From contig RBNJ01000193.1 in NCBI GenBank assembly GCA_003990765.1, positions 1-37,216 of the forward strand: DNA of 37,216 nt. Direction: 5' to 3'. This document shows positions 23,301 through 34,400 of the stretch, piece after piece. Origin of the DNA: Jimgerdemannia flammicorona. Lineage: Eukaryota. How positions within the stretch are numbered: position 1 is the stretch's first letter; each line of letters opens with the position of its first letter. A program made the position numbers and the translations under genes. The notes below the pieces were generated by a model. It saw nothing but the letters and a program-made list of their open reading frames with translations. It ran no database searches and was not told where the DNA came from.

Positions 23301-25511
23301 AGCACCTTGGACTTATACTCAGGATTTCACCAAATCAGACTCACAGAGATGGCAAGTGAAAATTCAGCCTTCATCACCCCAGACGGAACCTATATCTACC
23401 TATGAATACTATTCGAAATATGCAATGCACCAGCAAGCTTTCAGCAAATGATGAACAAAATCTTTTGCTATGATATGGGAAGATGGATGATGGTCTATGT
23501 CGATGATATAATCATCTACAGCAAGACACCTGAGGAACATCTGCAGCACATATAGCAGATAATGGAGAGACTAAGACAATATGGCCTTTATATCAAACCC
23601 AAGAAGTACAAGTTTGCAGAAATCGAGATCTCCTATCTCGGCCATATTATCAATCAAGATGGAACACACATGGACCCCCTCAAAATACAAGTGATAGCAG
23701 CATACCCAAGGCCCACTACTGTCACAGAAGCCCAAGCCTTCATAGGACTTGCCTCCTACTATCGCAGATTCATTAGAGGATTCTCCAACATCGCAGGTCC
23801 AATCTATGAACTCAATAAGAAGGATACCAAGTTCCAGTAGACTGGCAGACAACAAAAAGCATTTGACAAACTCAAGATCAGACTAACTCAGGCACCCATC
23901 CTCAGATGACCCAATTGGACTCAAGAATTTATCCTTCAGACGGATGCAAGTGCATAGGGACTAGGAGTAGCCCTAGCTCAAAAAGAAGATAAAAAAGAGT
24001 ATATCATTGCATATCTTAGCTGTGGAACCCGAGGGGCTGAAAAAGAATATGAGTCCTACAAGTTGGAATGCCTTGCAGTCATCTGGGCTGTGGAAAAGTT
24101 CTACTACTATCTGGCTGGAAGACACTTCACCATCCAGACAGACTACTCAGCTCTCACCTGGCTACTGACAACTGGACAACCCAAGGGAATCTATGCCAGA
24201 TAGATAATGAAGTTACAAGCCTATAATGTAACCATCATACACTGCCCCAGAAGAACAAATTCCAATGCAGATGCTCTCTCACAGACACCTTGAACTACCT
24301 CCAACCAATAAATCAATCATGAATAAGGAGCTCTACTACGGAATTATCACATACCTGGGACAGCAAAAGATGCCCCAATATCTGGAAGAATGGATACAAA
24401 TAATTATCAATAGGATATGGAAACAATTTGAAACTGATGGAGAAACACTGAAGAAAGGAAAATTACTGGTCATACCAGAACACAAGAAGAAGCAAGCGAT
24501 GAAATCAGTATACGAACTTGGCTATCTAGGAGAAACAAATACATATGATAAGGCAAGAAGAATAATATGGTGGCCAGGGATGGAGAAAGATATCAGACAA
24601 TTTGTCAAGACATGTGACAAATACCAGAAACAGAAACAAGACCAATGGAATCAAGCCCCAGGATCAGTACACATAGAACCAGTACCATTTGCCCATATAG
24701 CAATGGATGTAATCAGTCCTCTACCCTTGACCCTGACTGGTAACTGATATATCATTGTCATTGTAGACCTTTTTATGAAGTAGATAGAAGCAGGACCCCT
24801 CAAGAAGCCAATGCACAGTCAATCGCTGATTTCTTCCACAAGGAAATCATCTGCCAGTTCAAGACCCCAACACAAGTAACTACTGATAGAGGAACAGAAT
24901 TTGTGAACCAGCTCTTTGAGGTTCTCTACAAGAAGTACAAGATCCAGCACATTCGGACCACAGCCTATCACCCTCAAGGAAACGGACAAGTAGAAAGGAC
25001 CAACAAAACCCTTAAGAATGTTATCGCCAAGATCTGTAATAACTATGAGAACTGAGATCACTATCTGCCAATAGCACTATCTGCTCTCCGGGATATCTGA
25101 TCACAAAGTACCCATTTTACCTCTTGAGAAATGCTGTTTAGAGAAGAATGTTCTCGAGGAACCCTATCATCCAATGGAGATACCGTATGGAAATATGTGG
25201 ACATGGAAATATGGAGACTATACCAAATCAGGAAGAAGGCTGAGGATTACATAACCAAGGCGCAGACACTATAATGGAGGAATGCAGAAAAGACCCACAA
25301 GTCCTTGAAGATTATCAAGATAGGAGACAAGGTCCTAGTATATCAGAATATAGTAGAAGCTTCATGGTCACAAAAACTAGAGCCCAAGTAGGAAGGACCT
25401 TACCTTGTGCAAGATATAAAAGGGACTACCTTTTGGCTACAAAAACCCTCAGGCACAATAATCTCCACCACCATTCACCGAAACTGACTCAAGAAATATC
25501 ATGGCCAGTAA
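20334..25511 (+). pseudogene. gag-pol polyprotein with many premature stops and frameshifts
   Basis: Gag from 20334; decayed zinc knuckle CYSCGEEGHYSYEY (21105); protease AIIDMGA (21729); RT SPWSSPVVL, RLCVDYRKLN, LDLYSGFHQI, VYVDD; RNase H FILQTDAS, KLECLAVIWAV, NADALS; integrase WWPGM, TDRGTEF, TAYHPQGNGQVER. Gag to RH lie in one frame; 1-bp shifts near 24280 and 24800. Confidence 0.92.
22389..22805 (+). other. Trimeric dUTPase domain within Pol, between protease and RT
   Basis: All five motifs recognisable: AAGMDI, RSSLA, GVIDSDYTEEI, RLAQM, RGKKGFGSTG. Confidence 0.92.
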
Positions 25512-25962
25512 CAAAAGTACTGCAATGGTACTCAAGATCACTAGTGCTGCCCAAAGAGCTATCAAAAGACAATGGCACACCACCAAGCCTCCGACCATAG
25601 AGGCATACTATGAGGATATTCAGAGTATTATGCAGACTCATCTCTCTTGGATCTCGCACTTTAGAGCCTATCAATATCAGGCAGAATTCCAAGAGTACTT
25701 CAAGCTTGGACAGGTGCTCAATCAGGATCCAGCAAAGACCAAAGAGGACTGAATTGCTGAGTGTCAACTCTCCCACTCACAGATCACTATCACCAAAAGG
25801 ATCTACAAGTTATTCTGAGAAGATAAACTAGTGATAGACCACCTGAGAGGAGTAATCCCCACCGACTTCGAGAAAGTGAGAAGACATTATTGGGAAACAG
25901 TCATACAGCAAATTGCACAGTATAAAACCATATAGATGGTTGAAGCCTGGGAGTTTGAATAG
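25501..25962 (+). pseudogene. Extra ORF downstream of integrase, unknown function (~150 codons when internal stops are read through)
   Basis: The ATG overlaps the pol end (..KKYHGQ*). The frame continues MASNKST...KED*IAECQL...KRIYKLF*EDKLVIDHLRGVIPTDFEKVRRHYWE; the internal stops are explainable as CGA>TGA and CAG/TGG>TAG decay. Confidence 0.6.
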
Positions 25963-25989
25963 ATACCTCAGGGACAAAACCATCTATTC

Positions 25990-25998
25990 AGGAGGAAG
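25990..25998 (+). promoter_or_regulatory. Polypurine tract
   Basis: AGGAGGAAG just before the 3' LTR. Confidence 0.7.
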
Positions 25999-25999
25999 T

Positions 26000-26468
26000 T
26001 GTGATGGTACAGCCAAATTTAGAAGAAGAAAATAGGAAATAGATACTTAATCACACCCATTCCCAAAGTAGTATAGCTTTATAGTTAGCAGTCCTTGATT
26101 TCAACATTGTCTAAATTCTTAGACATTATCCAAATTGAACACCCCGATTTAGTATAGTATTTTGACATTGTCTAAATTTCTAGACATTGTCTAAATAACT
26201 CATAACTTAGCCATGTAACTCAGTAACCATCTCATAGCTAGCAAACTTGTATAAATAACCCAGTATCTTCGAGTGAATAAACCTCAGATCGAAATAGTTC
26301 AAAAGTAAAGAGATAGCAAAGGAACTAGTAAGCCTGTGGGCAGATATACTTCAAACTCACCCACCCTCCCCTACAACTTCAAGAAGACTCTGTGAGAGTC
26401 AGAACAGTCAAGTTTTCAAGATACAGAAATCTGACGTACTTTCAAGAGTAAGCGTCTGCTACATTACA
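26000..26468 (+). repeat. 3' LTR (469 bp)
   Basis: TGTGATGG...ATTACA, direct repeat of 19751-20219. Confidence 0.95.
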
Positions 26469-28020
26469 GTGTATTTGTTATTGAGATAGCTAAATAGTCA
26501 TATGCTATTTTTGCTAAATTTGGGTAATCTCTGCTATAGTCCTAATGTTCCTAATGAATTAAATCAAATTAATAATATTTCAAATTAGACCAACTTACTT
26601 ACTACTAAGGTAATATATTAACTTCTGGTTGAAATTTAACAGTTTTACTTTTCAAATAATTATCTAACTCCTCCTCAGAATTTATTATCAGTTTTTGTCT
26701 TTTATTGTTAAATATATATTCAGATTATTTAGCAATATCATCAATATTGACATCATCTCTTATTTTAGTATAATCTTCAAAACTTACATAATAAACTGAT
26801 AGAGAGATATAGTTTTCATTATAGACTATATGAACAGTTGTTTTGGCCACTTTAATCCAAATAGTTTCCCAATTATAATTTGAATAATATTGTAGTTTAA
26901 GCCTAGAATCAAGAACTGGTTTTTATTTAAAAAATAAAATAAATTTCAAAATGGATTCATAGTTCAAAATTTTGAAATAGTTTTTAGTAATAAGTAAATT
27001 TTGAAATATTTACTTATCAGTATCAATATAATAAATTAGATAATCTGTCATTAAATAATATTTTTTCAACTTATTAATAGCTACTATTAGTATCTATTAA
27101 ATGAGAGTATTTGACTCTCTAGTTTCTTCTGATTTTGCTATATGATTTTAAAATACTTTGTTATTATTTTCCAATATATCTAGTAGAAAGTTATAAATCA
27201 TAATAGTAGAATAAATTGTTGGATATTTTTGCTGAGTTATAAGATCTATTGTATATTGAAAACTCTTTAACACCAAAATAATATATATCTTTTAGTAACT
27301 ACCAAGTATAATCTCCAATAGCATATTATTGCAAATCTTTATCAATTATAACTGTTGAATTTAAGGACTATTAATAAAAATTAATTCATTAGATTAGACT
27401 TAGGCACAATTATAGACTTATATCACTCATATACTCAACCAATAAATTAAATATAATTAATTATAATTATCTCTAATAATTCAATGACCTATTTAATCAT
27501 CAAATATGTCAAGTTCTACTAAGTCTTAATATCCAAAATAAGTTTCTTTAGATTGTTGATTTTATAAACTTTATACTATATAATAAATCTCTTATAATAC
27601 TATAATAATGACTAAATCTTAATAATACTCAATCAGAGACTTGAAATTATTTCTCTATCATCATTAGCCTTCAGATAGATTAAAAAGACTTAAATAGCCA
27701 AATTAATAATATGAGCCATATAGTATATATATTATATTGGCTGATAGTTGAGATCATAATTAAATTTCATTTCAATTGTTTGAAAAAATATATTATTGTT
27801 AGATACATTTGAGGAGGCTAAAGATGCTATACAATTGATCACTCTCAATAGTTGTAAATGGCTGGTCTGTGCACATAATCCAGCAAATGAGCCAATTTCA
27901 AAATTCTGCTAAAGAGTATAGCAAAATATTTTGATTAAACAGGGTTGTTGATATAGAAATAGTCAGACAATCAGATGAACATACCCACTAATTGTCTGTT
28001 ATTATAGCTAATATCTAGAG
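26469..28020 (-). pseudogene. hAT transposase relic (heavily mutated)
   Basis: Minus-strand motifs: YMAHIINLAI (~27700; CxAHxxNL), LILDIKT**NLTYLMI (~27500-27540; DxxTRWNSTY), VLDSRLKL (~26900; LDPRxK), DYPNLAKIAYDYLAIS (~26480-26530). Confidence 0.82.
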
Positions 28021-28055
28021 TAAAAATCAATAATTCAAAATATAAGATAACTATT

Positions 28056-28250
28056 TTTTGAAAACTCAACCTTTATCTAAAATTCAATCTTTTTTTAAAA
28101 ATCTGACCTTTCAAAAATCCAATCTTTTTTGAAAATCTGAACCTTTTTCAAAAACCCAATCTTTTTAAAAAATCTGACCTTTTTGAAAATCTGACCTTTT
28201 TTGAAAACTTAATATTTTTCAAAATTCTGACCTTTTTGAAAACCCCTTTT
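28056..28250. repeat. Imperfect ~17-18-bp tandem repeat (CTTTTTGAAAATCTGAC), about 11 copies
   Basis: Directly visible periodicity. Confidence 0.75.
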
Positions 28251-29070
28251 TAAAGACTCACTGACTCTTTATATACTATTATCTATATACCAAAATCTTG
28301 AATATAGCTCCCAAAGATATCAGTAAGATTTTCACCAGAATGAGATTTTAATAGCTTATAAAATCAATCAATATATATTTAAGTTACTAATTTTGACAAA
28401 TCCAATATATATTAATTCCAAGAAATGTATATATATTTAGTGATATCTATGTATCAATAGTGAAGAATATTCAATCTGATATATTCTGTTTTGGGGTAGG
28501 TTAAATCAAAATGAAATATTGAAATTAGTATTCAAAGTTAAATATTAGATCTTACTTATAGTATAATTTTGATAGTATTATGATTTCTTTAAAAGGCTAG
28601 TTTAATTTTACTTTATTAATATCTAGTTTCAAAAGGCAAAAAAGATCTCTTAGCTCTAAATTCTCAACAACTATAAAAGGCTAACTATTATGGATAATTT
28701 AGTAAATAAAATAATTTCATAAAAAATCTTAGCTATTTAATATAAAAGAGAAATATCAAATAACAATAAATTAATAAATAAAAAACAAAAAACAAAAGAA
28801 GCAAACAAATAATATAAAAATCATACTTTTGAGAAAAACAATTCTATTGCTCCTGTTTAATAACGTTTGTAAAATTTGTCAAAATGTACTTATAGATTTG
28901 TTATAGAGCTACTAATAAACTTATATATTATTTTGTAGTAATTATATTTGACTCTTCTGATATCTCCATTCTCTGTATACTCTTTTGTAAACTCTTTCTA
29001 AATACTAGAGCATTCTTTTACTTTTGCTTTTCCTTTCTTAGACTATTATATTAAGACTACACTTATTATA

Positions 29071-30173
29071 CGGGTCTGGTGGTTGAAGAGAGCTGCTGAA
29101 CTGCAGGGAGGGGGATGGGTGCCACTGATGCAGAAGGTGTGGGAGATGAGGACCACCCCTCAAGAGTTCTCAGGAGATCTGCTCTCTTTGGTGGGGCTGA
29201 ATGGAAATCAGTAGCTACAGTTTAAGAGCTTTTGGTAGGGGATGGCAGATGGAGCTCACTGAATTGGCCTGTACTAGCAAGGCAATGAGGAAGAGGTAAT
29301 ATGGGGTCCTGGTATGTGGTGATGGGATAGACTGCTACTGAGGGGTGTTTTACTTGCTGAGTTTAATATTGGAGATAGAGTGGAGTATCAGTAGAGTCTT
29401 GGTCTAGATCTTTGGCCAAGTGGCTAGCAGGCAGCAGAGATTGGCAAAGAGTAGAACTAAGCAAGTATCTAGTCATGGAGTACTGTGGTGCAAAGGTGGC
29501 TTTCTCCCAAATTCTGGGTGGTGTAGTGGTAAATGCTATGAAGGAATATCATATTGAATTACCATACTGGGCATATGATGGATGGTGGCCATTTAGATTG
29601 TGAGGAGTACTATAATGTTGGGCAGACTGGGAGACTGGTGCAGATGCCAGAATACTGGCTGGGAGAGTGTAAGGTTTTGGAAGACTTTTGGATAGAAATT
29701 GGGAATAGACTAGGTGTAGAGCATAGGCCGGCGGAGGAGGGAGGCCACTGGGAGAACTTGCGATCTCAGTTAGTGGATGGTGTAGGTGATAGTTGGCTCA
29801 CTGTAGAATGGGTGTTAGCAGTGTGGGTAGGACTGGCCAGATATTGGCTTTTTGTATTTAAGGAGGAGAGGCAGATGGGGCTGCAGGAGAAGATATTATA
29901 GTGGGAGGAGTTGTTGGGGGATCTGCTGACTGGATGGTGGGTGGGTTGGAGTCCTCAGGGGGGGTAACATCATGGCTTGGTGGTAAGGATCTATGAACAG
30001 AGTGGTGGGAGGGTTGAGATAGTACTGGACAGAGTAGCCTTTCAATGGATAGGGGTAGGAAGGAGAGACCCCCCTAGGGGGATCGGTTAGGGGGTGGGTT
30101 CACTGTATTTATATGGGATAGATGGGTATAATAAAGAATAGAAGTCCAAGTGACTATAAAAAAAAAAAAAAAG
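29071..30173 (+). mobile_element. 5'-truncated non-LTR retrotransposon (LINE 3' end) with poly(A) and TSD
   Basis: G-rich decayed coding-like body, AATAAA followed by an A15 tail. TSD AGACTACACTTATTATA (29054-29070) vs AGACTATACTTATTATA (30174-30190). The 3' terminus resembles that of the LINE ending at 37216. Confidence 0.85.
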
Positions 30174-30419
30174 AGACTATACTTATTATAGCTATATTTG
30201 TTGAAGCTATATCTGACACTGAAGCTATTATCATAGTATTCATCATAAGTGATACTATAAAAGATATATCTGATATACTTGATTGTGATATGCTTAATTA
30301 TGTGTATATATTATTATTGTGAGTTATATCATATGTGAGTTTTGAATTACTATATTTAGTTTTGAATTTTGAATTCAATTCAAATTATAACTTAATTTCA
30401 TTTGATTCAATTTATAGTC

Positions 30420-30643
30420 AAGAGCCTTGATAAGGTAAATTCAGTATAATAAAAATTATTAAATTTGAATGTTTTTATTGAGTTATTAAATTTTAAAAAT
30501 TTAGATTTGAATTAAAATTCAAATTGAATTAAACCTTGATTCAAATCAAATTAAATTGAGTCTCAATATAATTTGAAGTTTTTGAATTGAATTAAATTGA
30601 ATTTAGGTCTAATTCAATTTAATTTGATTTATTAGAAGTACTA
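30420..30643. mobile_element. Half copy of the foldback MITE family
   Basis: TAAGGTAAATTCAGTATAA... matches 18576-18656; ends GAAGTACTA, the reverse complement of the terminus at 38. Confidence 0.55.
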
Positions 30644-31459
30644 CTTTTATTATTTTTCAATAAGTTCAGTTTATAGATTTTCTATATATTTAGTTAAGAT
30701 ATGATACTAGATATTCTATAATAGTTCTTTTTGATAAGATAATATTATCTCAGCTATAGTTAATTATATAGAAATATACTAATTAGAAAATATATATAAA
30801 TTCTATATTTCTTCATTTGGTTTAAAGAAAAGATTCCTGGAGTTTAATAGTATGAAGATTTTGATGATAGTCTGTTCTTCTAACTCTAGAATGAGATTTT
30901 TGTAAAATTTCACTAATTGGTAATAGACTTATTGAGATATATTTTTCTTAAAATAATTGATCTAAAAGAGATATACTTTCTTCTTATCTAAACTTTCAAA
31001 TTCTTTAACTTATCTTATATCTTAAGTTAGCTTAATAACTTTTTATAATTGAGGTACTTTAAACTCTAGAAAGACTACTTGGATAATTTTATTTTCTATA
31101 AATTTAAATCTATTTAGAGTTACTATTCTTTAAGATAACTCTAATTTCTCTAATATATTCAGAATCTATGATTCTTTTTTTAGTTATTACTTCTTATTTT
31201 ACAAGTTCTAATCTTGAGATTAGCTGAATATATATTTCTTTTAAAGATTGTATAGTAAGTTCTATACTAATAAGTTTATTTCTAAGACTTATAACAATAT
31301 CTCTAAAACTACTAAGATTATAGTTTATATCTTTCTGATAGATTTTTATAAGTGGAATAACATTAAGATATAGCAAGATATACTATGATATACTTTTACT
31401 GAGTATAGATTGTTCTTGAGTAGAGACTTCTATGGTCAATATCTTTTACTAGTAACATT

Positions 31460-34400
31460 CAGGTAACACAAGACTCAGACAACACCAGACAATACTTCCA
31501 ATAATGTTTTTGGTAAAAAGTGACTAGCAATATAGATAGTAATGAATATACTAGTGAGTGTGTCAGCCAGGGGGATAGCAGTGTCTTTGACTGGCAGTAT
31601 GTAGAAAGAAGGAGGGGTGATGGTTTGGGAATGCCAAGGTCTTCTATGGCTGGCCATAGTGCTGGTGGCAGAGGAAGAGGTGGACTGAGATAATGAGGAG
31701 AGAAGCAGATGATCTTTATAGACAAGATCAAGATGAGGAGAATGATAACTGATCTGGATGGTTGGCTGGGCCTGGGGAAGGCAATGATGGCTACTATTAG
31801 GAGACAGGGAGGGGGCCCCTTGAGAGGGTCAGATGGTAGGAGAGGAGGGGGAGTAGAGACTGGAGATGTGATTGCTGATAGCACCATGACTGGGAATCTA
31901 GAAAAAAAATCCAGATGTAATAGTGGTTGGTGGTTCAGAATAGGGGGTAGGCATGAGGCCTGGAGACCTGGTAGATGATATAATGGGCATGGTATCAGCA
32001 CTATTACTCAAGAAATCAAGATTAGAATTTGCTGTCATATTGTATTTTCAGAGCTTGATAGTAACTGTGAAAATGATCTTAGGGCTGGTAGTGTAGGAGG
32101 TAAAGGGGGCAGCTTCAGTGAAGTTCATGAAGGAGAAAAAAGGGGTTGAGGTTGGGTTTAAGATAGAGGAATCACTGTTGGAGATCATGGAGAAAGGAGT
32201 GATGGTGGGCAGAGTAGTGGTTTCTATAGCCAGATGCATATACTGAGACCCCTGAGTGGTGCAGTTGATAGTGTTGGACCTGCCTATGGTATTGAAGGAG
32301 AGGACCTGGAAGTTGATTGTAGAGATGGAGAGATTGTGGACATCAGGTTCAGGGTCTGGGAGAGTACTGAGCTCTGGACTAGTGATGTGGATATCTGGGT
32401 ATAGCTGGCTAGAAAGGAGAATATAGGGAAGACAAGAGACTGGCCAGCTACTCTTAAGTGGAGACCAGTAGAGTATAAGGTCTCATGGGTAAAAGAAATG
32501 CTTGAGGAGGAGGAGGATTTTCTGGAAGCTCTTGAGGATCTGATAGGAGCAGTTGAGAGGAGAAGATTGGCTTGGAAGGAGTATGAAGCCAAGATGGTGG
32601 TGGAAATAATAGATGGAAAGAGGGTAAGAATAGACTGGGCAACCTGGGAGAAGATGTAGGGGAGGCAGATCTAGAAGGAGCTACTGAAGAAGTTGGGAGG
32701 CAGTAGGGCAGGCAGTAGTATAGGAGAAGGTAGTGCAGAATTGCAAGAAAGTATCTGGGCTGAGGAGTACAGGATGGCCCAAGGTGGGGCCCAGGGTAGA
32801 TCAAGTGAGATGAGTTAGAAGAGTATGGTGGCAGATGCAGAAATGAGCAAAGAAGTCCACTCTCAGTATAGTGTCCCAAGTGGGGCTGGGAGTGAGGAGG
32901 AACTTCTGGATGTGCCAGAGGAGAAATAGGATGAGTCAGAGGAGGAGTGTATTGGTGGACCCAGAGGTTGGGAATGAAAGGGTTGCCTAGGGGGTTGCAG
33001 AGACAGTGGATGAGGAGAAGTAGCTGTGGAAGATGCTAGAGGGAGTAGCTGTAGAGGAGCTTGGGGGAGAGGACTTCTGGGTTATGAGTGATAGGTATTG
33101 GGAGGAAATTCTTCATGGTGAGGAGGTACTGAAGAAGGTTAGAAATGAGATCCTGGCAGTTCTCTTGGAATCAGTTGAGTATTAAGTAGATGATCAGAGG
33201 GAGGAGGAACTGCAAGCAATTGCAAATGACAGGGCAGCATTCTTGTGGGGTTTGAGAAAGGGGTTGGAGAAGTGGCAAGTAGTCTGCACAGATTATCAGG
33301 CTGAAATAGAAGTGGTGGATGGGGTGGAGTGTTAGGAAATCTTGGAGACATTGGATGCTCAGGCTGTAGTAGAAGAGGATCTGGAAGTAGAGTGGCACCT
33401 CAATCTGGCTGGAGATGAGAAGAGTATAGAATACTAGGTTGGGTTCTTGATATCAATATTATTCAATCTGAATAGTATAATTAGAATATTTTCTTTGAAC
33501 ATAAATAGGTTGAGGGTGTGGCTCAGTAAAGGTATATATGTATTTGGTTGACTCAAGGGACTGAATGTGGATCTCTTCTTACTACAGGATGTACAATATG
33601 AGATAGATGTAGACTTATAGGATTGGACTAGTGAATAGGAGGGGGGGGGCAGTGGTATGGTCTGGGAAGATGGGTATTCTGATTAGAAAAGAGATGGGAG
33701 ATATTGGTGATATTAGACATTGGAGGAGTAGGTTGGTGTGAGAAGTGTGAAAGAGGTCTAGATGGAGCCCTTTGACTGTTAGATCATGTTACTGTCCAGC
33801 ACAGAGAGATGAATAAGTAGATTGGATCCAGAATTTGCAGGAGGCAGGTGTTATAGATGAGGCTGGGATTGATTACCTGGGGGGTGATTTCAATATAGTA
33901 TGAAATAATATAGTAAATAAGACTGATAGTGGGAGAGGATTGGGGAGTAGGAGTGGTGGGTTAGATAACTAGATGGAGTTGGAGAGGCTATGTTTCTTAG
34001 TTGATTCAGGGAGATATTTTTGGAAGGAATGTTGAATTTATACTCACTGAGTGGCAGGGCTGGGCTCTAGAATTAATTGGATATTAACAGCAGAGTACTG
34101 GGAAGTAGATATCTGGGCTCTACTGGAGGTGGTTTAGTGCCCATAGTCAGATCACTGGGGTCTGATAGGGGAGAAGAGGTTTGGAGGAAGTAGAGATAGG
34201 CCTGGATATTGGTAATTGAATTCTTCTTTATTGGAGAATTGTTCTTTATAGACAGGTTGGGAGGTGGAGATTATTGGGAAAATTGGTCAGTGGTGGGAGC
34301 AGGGACTGATGATTGGGGTTCACTAGCAGAGGCTGAAATTGAGTGCTCAGAGGTACTAAAGGGAGGCAGGGAAAGGAAGAAGTGCTCAGTGGTGGCAGAG

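Larger units (their letters stand above)
19751..26468 (+). mobile_element. Full-length decayed Ty3/Gypsy LTR retrotransposon carrying a dUTPase
   Basis: TG...CA LTRs of 469 bp, TSD GTGT (19747-19750 and 26469-26472), PBS, PPT, domain order Gag-PR-dUT-RT-RH-IN. Confidence 0.96.

Noticed and set aside
24265..24330. Programmed frameshift or a separate integrase ORF
   Set aside because: A single extra base in ADALS-c-RHLEL explains the shift, and another 1-bp lesion occurs near 24800; this is ordinary decay.
18357..30643. One giant hAT element bounded by the TAGTACT and AGTACTA termini
   Set aside because: The flanking 8-mers (AATAGATT vs CTTTTATT) do not match, and the two partial copies duplicate the same ~85-bp segment, which suggests independent copies.
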